DNA of 64,000 bases, taken from contig OZ220744.1 of assembly GCA_965116925.1 (NCBI GenBank), positions 1,888,001-1,952,000 on the forward strand, given 5' to 3'. This stretch comes from Candidatus Poribacteria bacterium. GTDB lineage: Bacteria > Poribacteria > WGA-4E > PCPOR2b. Shown piece after piece: positions 57,557 through 64,000 of the stretch (its first letter is position 1; each line of letters opens with the position of its first letter). The position numbers and the translations under genes are program-made. A model generated the notes under the pieces. The model ran no database searches and had not been told where the DNA came from. It saw only the letters and a list, made by a program, of their open reading frames with translations.

Positions 57557-57680
57557 AGGCTTAAAATTTAAGCGGAGAACACAGAAAAAAATCCGGCTGG
57601 AAGAATGGAGTGGTAAAAGAAAAGATTGGTGCACTCCAGTTTTCCAACTCTCCATCTAGCTAGTTACCTGAATCAATCTT

Positions 57681-59618
57681 ATGCAAAATACACCCCGACA
57701 CGTTGGGATTCAGAAACCTGTCACCTACCAGAGCGGCTTAACAGTCAAATCCTTCCTGCTTGCCCTTGTCCTCATTCCATTCAATGTCTGGTGGCTTATC
57801 GAGCTTGAGGTGGTTCGCGTAGGCTACCCAACCATCATCCATCCACAGGCGAATGTCATCTTTATCATTTTTTGGCTACTCTTGATTGGGTATGTACTCC
57901 ACAAACTCTCTCCGAGTTTGGGTATTTCTCAGCAGGAGCTATTGACCGTCCATTTCATGTTGTGCATTGTCTCCTGTCTCTGTTCTTGGGATATGCTGCA
58001 GATTCTAATGCCAATCATGAGTTATCCGTTTCGATTTGCTACTCCTGAAAATGACTGGCGCAACCTATTTTGGCGGAATATCCCGGAGTGGCTCACTGTT
58101 TCTGACGAAAAAACCCTACTCGGCTACTATGAAGGGGATTCTAGCCTGTACAACCCCGTTTATTTGAAAGCATGGCTCACGCCAATTATCGCTTGGAGTT
58201 CGTTCATCTTCGTGTTGATGCTTGTACTACTGTGCATTAACACGCTGTTACGGATTCAGTGGACTGAGCATGAGCGGTTAAGCTACCCGCTGACACAACT
58301 CCCCCTAGAGATGACCAATCCGCGATTGCGCTTCTTTAGGAATCGGTTGATGTGGATTGGTTTCGGCATTGCCGCGCTGATTAGTATTGTTAATCTGCTG
58401 CATTCAATCTACCCTGTCATTCCGTACATCCCTGTCAAACGGCAGGGAATAGGTGGAGGCATCCGGGTCTCTTTCTATCCGTTCGTTATTGGTATGAGCT
58501 TCATGATGCCGCGGGATCTCCTGTTCTCATGCTGGGCATTTTTCTGGCTCTACAAGATTGAACTGATGGTCGGTGATATGATGGGGTGGAAAAACCTTCC
58601 GCGTTTCCCTTATGCGGCTGAACAGGGTTTCGGTGTGTATATGGGTTTGCTGGTATTCGCGCTCTGGATCGGCAGAGCGCATTTCATAGGTTTAGTACGT
58701 CATGTGTTTACGTCTACTAAATCTCGATTTCAACTGGATGACAGCCGGGAACCGATGCCGTATCGCTTGGCGGTGATAGGCATCGTGTTTGGTATGATCT
58801 TTTTGACGGTCTTCTCCTACAAAGCGGGTATGTCGTTGTGGGTGATACCTATTTTCTTTGGGATCTATTTTTTGTTATCGATCATGATCACCCGGTTGCG
58901 TGCTGAGTTAGGGTTCATCGTCCACGGACACGGTTATCGTCCGGGCATCGATCCGCATACCATGATTGTTACTGGGTTCGGTACTTGGCAACTCACCACC
59001 AATACACTCACCGTTTTTTCGATGTATATGTTTTTCAATCGTGCCTATTGGGTCAATCCGATGCCGGAGCATCTGGAAGCGTTTAAGATGTCAGAAAGAC
59101 GGAATATCAACCTTCGTCATACATCGATCGCCATCCTGCTTGCGACAGCGATTGGGGTGGTTGTGAGTTTTTGGTTTCTGCTAGACGCCTTTTACCGACA
59201 TGGTCATGACTCTGCACATTTCCACCCGCATTCGTTATGGTATGGGCGTATGGCATACGGTCAACTGGAGAATTGGCTAAACTACCCCCGTGAGGCTGAC
59301 GGTCCCGCACTTGCGTTTATGGCAGGCGGATTCGGGTTGACAGCAGTGTTGATGTTCTTGCGTACTCGGTTTCTCTGGTGGCCCCTACACCCGCTCGGCT
59401 ATGTGACAGCGGATAGTTGGGGGATGTTCAACCTGTGGTCCTGTATCTTTGTCGCTTGGATGATTAAGACAATTATATTGCGCTATGGTGGACTTGGATC
59501 GTATCGTCGGGCAGTGCCTTTCTTTTTGGGTGTCGCGCTCGGAGACTATATTGTGGGATTTATCTGGAGCATTTTCAGTATTTTTACCAACACGCCGTTG
59601 TATAGTTTTTTCCCATAA
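57681..59618 (+). CDS. Polytopic membrane protein (DUF6785/DUF6784-like, putative transporter)
   Basis: W...ERLSYPL.QLP, WWPLHPLGY, LRYGG...YRRAVPFFLG; many TMs. Confidence 0.7.
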   Translation: MQNTPRHVGIQKPVTYQSGLTVKSFLLALVLIPFNVWWLIELEVVRVGYPTIIHPQANVIFIIFWLLLIGYVLHKLSPSLGISQQELLTVHFMLCIVSCLCSWDMLQILMPIMSYPFRFATPENDWRNLFWRNIPEWLTVSDEKTLLGYYEGDSSLYNPVYLKAWLTPIIAWSSFIFVLMLVLLCINTLLRIQWTEHERLSYPLTQLPLEMTNPRLRFFRNRLMWIGFGIAALISIVNLLHSIYPVIPYIPVKRQGIGGGIRVSFYPFVIGMSFMMPRDLLFSCWAFFWLYKIELMVGDMMGWKNLPRFPYAAEQGFGVYMGLLVFALWIGRAHFIGLVRHVFTSTKSRFQLDDSREPMPYRLAVIGIVFGMIFLTVFSYKAGMSLWVIPIFFGIYFLLSIMITRLRAELGFIVHGHGYRPGIDPHTMIVTGFGTWQLTTNTLTVFSMYMFFNRAYWVNPMPEHLEAFKMSERRNINLRHTSIAILLATAIGVVVSFWFLLDAFYRHGHDSAHFHPHSLWYGRMAYGQLENWLNYPREADGPALAFMAGGFGLTAVLMFLRTRFLWWPLHPLGYVTADSWGMFNLWSCIFVAWMIKTIILRYGGLGSYRRAVPFFLGVALGDYIVGFIWSIFSIFTNTPLYSFFP

Positions 59619-59677
59619 TAATTTATGGTGAAATCTAAAAATAAATAGATACTTTCGCCCCCGGTAGGTGCGGTTTT

Positions 59678-59793
59678 ATGAAGATTAATTTATTAATTGG
59701 ATAATTTCCGAGCGATGTCCGGTGCGGTTGGAAACCGCACCTACCGGGTCTGGGAGCAATATAGAATTACCCGTTTAATTTCTTAAAACTCAT
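59678..59793. mobile_element. 116-bp MITE (ATGAAG...CTCAT), copy 3, inverted and diverged
   Basis: Reverse complement aligns with 10792-10908; sits in the loop of a GGTGCGGTTTT|CAACCACACC hairpin. Confidence 0.75.
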
Positions 59794-59882
59794 TCAACCA
59801 CACCGGTTTGGGGTGCCTCATTAATTCTAAGGTCCACTATGGTTCTAGCAAAAATGTTGGAATCCTTAAAGGAGGTTCTGTC

Positions 59883-60443
59883 ATGAAAATCTTATCTAAC
59901 AAACTGGTGATTGGGTTAATTGTGTTGATTGTGTTGGCGGTGTTCATCCTAATAGGGTTCTATTTCGGGATTCGTTGGGCTTCGCAAGATGTGTCAGTGA
60001 TTAATGGTGGACCGGACCAATTAACAGTAGACTTAGAACAAACGAGGATAGAACTGAAGGATTGGAGCGAAGATTTTCTCGATCAGTTCCCTGGCGTGCC
60101 TGCGGTCAAGGCAATGGTCGAAGTCTATCAGGAAATTCTAAGCGAAGTAATTGCCCGAAATGAAGAGTTGCGGCAAAAAGGGATGTCCACAACGAAGCGC
60201 ATAAAACACCTGACTCAGTTTGCGGAGGAAATTTCAGGTCCCATAGCGGAGCGGACACGTTCTACTGAACTCCAGTTGAAGTTGATGCGTGAGAACAGCG
60301 CGTTGAAAGAGAAGATTGACCGCTACATGCATACAAATCTGATGCTGCCGGTCCCACTTTATCTGTTAGGTTTGAACGAGAGGGATTTGGAAACACTTCA
60401 AAAGCAGTTTGAAGCATCTAAAAATAGACAGGGACGCAACTAA
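59883..60443 (+). CDS. Hypothetical protein with N-terminal TM and helical domain
   Basis: RBS AAGGAGG before ATG 59883; hydrophobic anchor. Confidence 0.7.
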   Translation: MKILSNKLVIGLIVLIVLAVFILIGFYFGIRWASQDVSVINGGPDQLTVDLEQTRIELKDWSEDFLDQFPGVPAVKAMVEVYQEILSEVIARNEELRQKGMSTTKRIKHLTQFAEEISGPIAERTRSTELQLKLMRENSALKEKIDRYMHTNLMLPVPLYLLGLNERDLETLQKQFEASKNRQGRN

Positions 60444-60449
60444 CTTTTA

Positions 60450-61814
60450 CTAAAGTTTAGACAATTTTTATTTTCTTGATGTAGCCGTATCAAGGGTTTG
60501 TTGAATATCGTCGGCATTGATGTTTTTACCGAACATCGCAGAAACTAATCGGTTTTCCATTAAAGCCCGTAGATACCGCACCATCAACCCGCGTGTCAAC
60601 TTAGCGGGTCGATACCAATCAATGCCCAATGTCTGAGTTACCTGCTCGATGGTTACCGGCGTGTCAGTATGGGAAGTGACAGCGAATAACAGTTGGGTCA
60701 TGCAACTGGCTATGAAACTGAGTTGGACAAACCGATTGATACTTTTTCGACACTTGACCCGATAGGTGTCAAATCCGAAGTGTTGCTTGGTGTCCCGAAA
60801 GGCGGTCTCAATCAACCATCTCTTTTGGTAGTATCGAACAATCTGCGGTAAATCTAGAGTTAAGTCAGTGGTAAAGACACAGAAGTATCGAAACGGCTTA
60901 CGCCTTTTGTCACGCGTTCGCATCACCACGACCCGAACGGGTTGTGGACACATTTTGGTTCGGGCGACTATACTTGCTATGGCATACTGTTTGTCGTCAA
61001 TGTCAGTCGTTTTATACCGCAGATACGGCAGATGAATCCGTTTGCCGTATCTCTTAGGTCTGCCGGGTTTGGATTGCTTGGCAGCGGTAGGTAACCGATA
61101 GAACACTGCATTCGACTTGGCACGACACAACAGGTGATGTCCCGCTTTAAGGACACAGCCAAACACTTTCTGTCGAGCGAATCCCCGGTCAAAGATAATC
61201 AGTCCCGCAGGGATGCGGCTGCACATCCGTTTGAGGACTGACTCACTAGTGTCGCGCTTTGTCTGTGGACACATCAACTTGACAAACACCGGAAAAAGTA
61301 TCGTCTCGTGGACGGTGCTACAAAGTAATCCCAATGCACCAAACTGATGACCATGGTGAAACTTCGATTGATTCGTGTTGCGTGTGTGATAGCGATGGTT
61401 CCTGAAAAAATGAAGTCCAAATTGTGTCTCGCCGGTCTTTCGTGCGTGCGTCTCATCGTAAACGTAGACCCAGTTATCGAAACACCTCTGTAACAACTTC
61501 AGCAGATGGTGACCGACTCTATCGGCGTCCCACTTGCCACGCGAAAGGAACTTCACCAGCGAGTGGTAACCCGTTTTCGGACGAACCGCTTGATAAATGC
61601 CGGTCAGCGTCGCACCTTCGCGCTGTGTGATAAGTCCCACAACAAAGACACAAAACAGATGAAAGTTTTGAGACTTGAATAACGGACGAAAATCGGTTAA
61701 AATAGCATTCAGGCAGAATATGAGGTACATAACTTCTCCTTTCAAAATTGTGATGGATTTCTGAAAGGATAACCTCTTTTCTGCCTTTTTGCATTAAAAT
61801 TGTCTAAACTTTAG
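60450..61814 (-). mobile_element. Intact insertion sequence (IS4/IS701-like DDE), 1365 bp
   Basis: Perfect terminal inverted repeats CTAAAGTTTAGACAATTTT; 9-bp target duplication TAACTTTTA at 60441-60449 and 61815-61823. Confidence 0.92.
60468..61730 (-). CDS. DDE transposase
   Basis: YDET, IFDRGF, Y..RWLIETAFRDTKQ (YREK-like); ATG 61730 with RBS. Confidence 0.9.
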   Translation of the reverse strand: MYLIFCLNAILTDFRPLFKSQNFHLFCVFVVGLITQREGATLTGIYQAVRPKTGYHSLVKFLSRGKWDADRVGHHLLKLLQRCFDNWVYVYDETHARKTGETQFGLHFFRNHRYHTRNTNQSKFHHGHQFGALGLLCSTVHETILFPVFVKLMCPQTKRDTSESVLKRMCSRIPAGLIIFDRGFARQKVFGCVLKAGHHLLCRAKSNAVFYRLPTAAKQSKPGRPKRYGKRIHLPYLRYKTTDIDDKQYAIASIVARTKMCPQPVRVVVMRTRDKRRKPFRYFCVFTTDLTLDLPQIVRYYQKRWLIETAFRDTKQHFGFDTYRVKCRKSINRFVQLSFIASCMTQLLFAVTSHTDTPVTIEQVTQTLGIDWYRPAKLTRGLMVRYLRALMENRLVSAMFGKNINADDIQQTLDTATSRK

Positions 61815-61873
61815 TAACTTTTATAACATTAACAACTATGAAAACAACCTAAGATAGAGGAAAGGGGGATCTG

Positions 61874-62596
61874 ATGGGTAAGCTAGATGATAAGGTTGCC
61901 CTCATCACAGGAGGGAATAAAGGGATTGGTAGAGGTATCGCACGCGGCTTGGCAGAGGAAGGAGCGACCCTTGTATTGGCTGCGCGGGGGGTTGAGGAGT
62001 TGAATCGGGCGGCCGAAGACCTGAGAGAAGGCGGCACGACTGTGCTAGCCGTACCAACCGATGTCACGGACGAGGCACAAATTGAAGCGTTGTTTGAGCG
62101 CACGATGGAAACGTTCAATCGCTTGGATATTCTGGTCAATAATTCGGGGGCGTTCGATGGGGGGGCGCTTGACGAACTTTCGACAGAAGCGTTGGACAAT
62201 GTGCTTTCTGTCAATCTGCGTGCGCCCTTCTTGTGTACGCGTGCAGCGATGCGGATTATGAAGCAACAGGGCGGCGGACGCATTATCAACATCGGCAGTA
62301 TCTCCGCGCAGCGTGTTCGACCGGGAGCAGGACCTTACTGTGCCAGCAAATTTGGTATTTGGGGTTTAACTCAGGTAACAGCCTTGGAGGGGCGTCCACA
62401 CGGAATTGTCGCAAGTTGCTTGCATCCGGGAGCAACGCAAGTTAGAGATTTGCCAGAGGGCGAGGAACGAGCAGACCTGATGCAGGTTGACGAATTGGCT
62501 CAAGCGGCGGTACTTATGGCGACATTACCGCCGCATGTAAATTTTCTTGAGGCAAAGGTTCTGCCTGTGCAGCAGCCCTATCTCGGCCGGGGCTAG
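61874..62596 (+). CDS. SDR-family oxidoreductase
   Basis: TGGNKGIG, LVNNSG, YCASK. Confidence 0.9.
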   Translation: MGKLDDKVALITGGNKGIGRGIARGLAEEGATLVLAARGVEELNRAAEDLREGGTTVLAVPTDVTDEAQIEALFERTMETFNRLDILVNNSGAFDGGALDELSTEALDNVLSVNLRAPFLCTRAAMRIMKQQGGGRIINIGSISAQRVRPGAGPYCASKFGIWGLTQVTALEGRPHGIVASCLHPGATQVRDLPEGEERADLMQVDELAQAAVLMATLPPHVNFLEAKVLPVQQPYLGRG

Positions 62597-62663
62597 TAAT
62601 CTGTGGGTATGCAGTGTGAGTCGTTTTTTTGGGGTAGAATAACGGACTTTTTGCGTTGGCTTT

Positions 62664-64000
62664 CTAGCGTTGATCGGATGCAAACTGGAAGGCATAGAGT
62701 TTCATAGCCCGCAGGGCGAAGCGCAGCCGGACGGACTTACCAACTAGTTCACTCAGGTCGTCTTTGCCTTGCCATGTTACAGTTTTACTGACGGTGTTAC
62801 CCACCCCTGGATCTGCCTCTGTGAGCTCAAAGCCGGGCAACGGTTGTCCATCGGCATCCTGAATTTCGACTTGAAGCCAGCCGCCGGCACTGCCGTCAAA
62901 ATTCAGTTCAAGACGATTGCCGCCAAACTGGAGAACCGGCGTGATGAATTGACCGCCACCAAACCCTGCATCGGCCGAGACGAATCCGTCCCGTCGTATA
63001 CGTGCGCGAAAAAGGCTGCTGGAACGTCCAACATCGTCGGGGGCCGCACCGTGGTTATGAGCCATGCCAGCATAGTAGAGCCACAGTTCGTCACCCACAG
63101 GGATAAGCCACGGATTGGCGAAGATCATCCCACTGTGTATGTCGTCCTCCATTCCGTGCCGCAGGAAGGGACAGCGGTTACCCTGATGCCGCCAGCGTAT
63201 TCCATCGCGGCTGGTCAATAGCTGTGTATCCATGGTCGCAGGAAACCCCCTCTCTCCCCAGTGGTAGTAGACTGATGGAAACATCAGATACACATCTTGG
63301 GCACTTTCATATTTCATGGCGCAACTGGTGTAGTAGTCGATGCTTGGGCGTTGGTCGTCGAACTTTGAAGGCACGGGGATAGCGAGGTCCTCTTCATCTG
63401 CCTCCAGAACGATCTGGGTACTCGACCAAGTGCGGAAATCAGGCGAGGTAATGCGGCCGATGCTCCGGTAAGCGACTTTGCCGGCTAGCGCAGCTTCGTC
63501 GGAGCTTTGAGTCTCTCTAACCCGTGTGTAGCCGACGTAGCATTTGAAGGTCTCGTCCCAGAAAAACATGTTCTGAGTATCGCACGACTGGTTGGGCGGG
63601 TTAGGCTGATTGGGGTACGCTTGCCAGTGGATTCCGTTGGGCGAATGCATTGCCCAGAGTCCGCTGCGTGTCCCTTCAGCGATCTGTGAGTCAGTGGGAC
63701 GAAATTTGCTCCACAGCTTGTAGCGTTCATCGGCAGGGGCGTGCTCGTCACGGTATACGGTGGCACCCTGCATACTTTGGCGTTCGAGGTGGGGGGCAAC
63801 GATGTTATTTTCGGTAGAGCCACGAAAGGGAACAAGACCGAGGGACGGTTTTTCCCAGTGGAGACCATCCTCTGACTCAGCATAACAGAGCCGCCGGGCA
63901 CTCTCTTGAGGCGTCCCAACGTCGAGAAGCGCATCGTACCAGAGGCGGAATCTGCCATCGGGTTCACGGAAGGCAGTGCTGTAGGCACCTATGCCCTTCT
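62664..64000 (-). CDS. Beta-propeller glycoside-hydrolase-like protein (5' end outside window)
   Basis: Frame open to window end (FRLWYD...YAESEDGLHWEKP.LGL); Asp-box S.DG..W repeats; RRDGFVS, KLYAFQF. Confidence 0.75.
   Translation of the reverse strand, partial: KGIGAYSTAFREPDGRFRLWYDALLDVGTPQESARRLCYAESEDGLHWEKPSLGLVPFRGSTENNIVAPHLERQSMQGATVYRDEHAPADERYKLWSKFRPTDSQIAEGTRSGLWAMHSPNGIHWQAYPNQPNPPNQSCDTQNMFFWDETFKCYVGYTRVRETQSSDEAALAGKVAYRSIGRITSPDFRTWSSTQIVLEADEEDLAIPVPSKFDDQRPSIDYYTSCAMKYESAQDVYLMFPSVYYHWGERGFPATMDTQLLTSRDGIRWRHQGNRCPFLRHGMEDDIHSGMIFANPWLIPVGDELWLYYAGMAHNHGAAPDDVGRSSSLFRARIRRDGFVSADAGFGGGQFITPVLQFGGNRLELNFDGSAGGWLQVEIQDADGQPLPGFELTEADPGVGNTVSKTVTWQGKDDLSELVGKSVRLRFALRAMKLYAFQFASDQR

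Overview
Bacterial genomic window. Gene content (TolB/PD40 arrays with a V-x-P-x-G-K...W-G-x-L-K tail, Sel1 repeats, PhyH dioxygenases, sulfatase, alpha-2-macroglobulin, many intergenic MITE/REP hairpins) resembles Candidatus Poribacteria, sponge symbionts; this taxonomic call is inference. Order: sulfatase 3' end and a HAD hydrolase; four tandem TolB-like beta-propeller paralogues (one split by a MITE, one truncated); an accessory block with a GT-C transferase, a small secreted Cys/His peptide, a cytoplasmic HTH + family-5 solute-binding-domain regulator, an acidic Cys-Cys-Cys peptide bracketed by two MITEs, a DUF4198 protein, a flippase, a GT2 and an HddA-like kinase; a large S8 protease; purB; a duplicated two-gene cassette encoding trypsin-like protease-TPR-PEGA proteins ending in a probable outer-membrane beta-barrel; a catabolic cluster; an IS remnant; an ABC binding protein; a ggt-hemY-pentaheme cytochrome c run; two Sel1 proteins; an enolase-superfamily enzyme; PhyH; alpha-2-macroglobulin; an intact IS with 9-bp target duplication; an SDR; a partial beta-propeller hydrolase. 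The best candidate for a new system is the 1.5-16 kb block, where one 29-bp palindrome occurs three times about 40-43 bp upstream of -10-like boxes around an SgrR-like regulator and two small Cys-rich peptides. Also notable are the protease-barrel cassettes and a ~117-bp MITE found three times in hairpin loops with a 1-bp duplication. All calls come from reading the sequence; no database searches were run.
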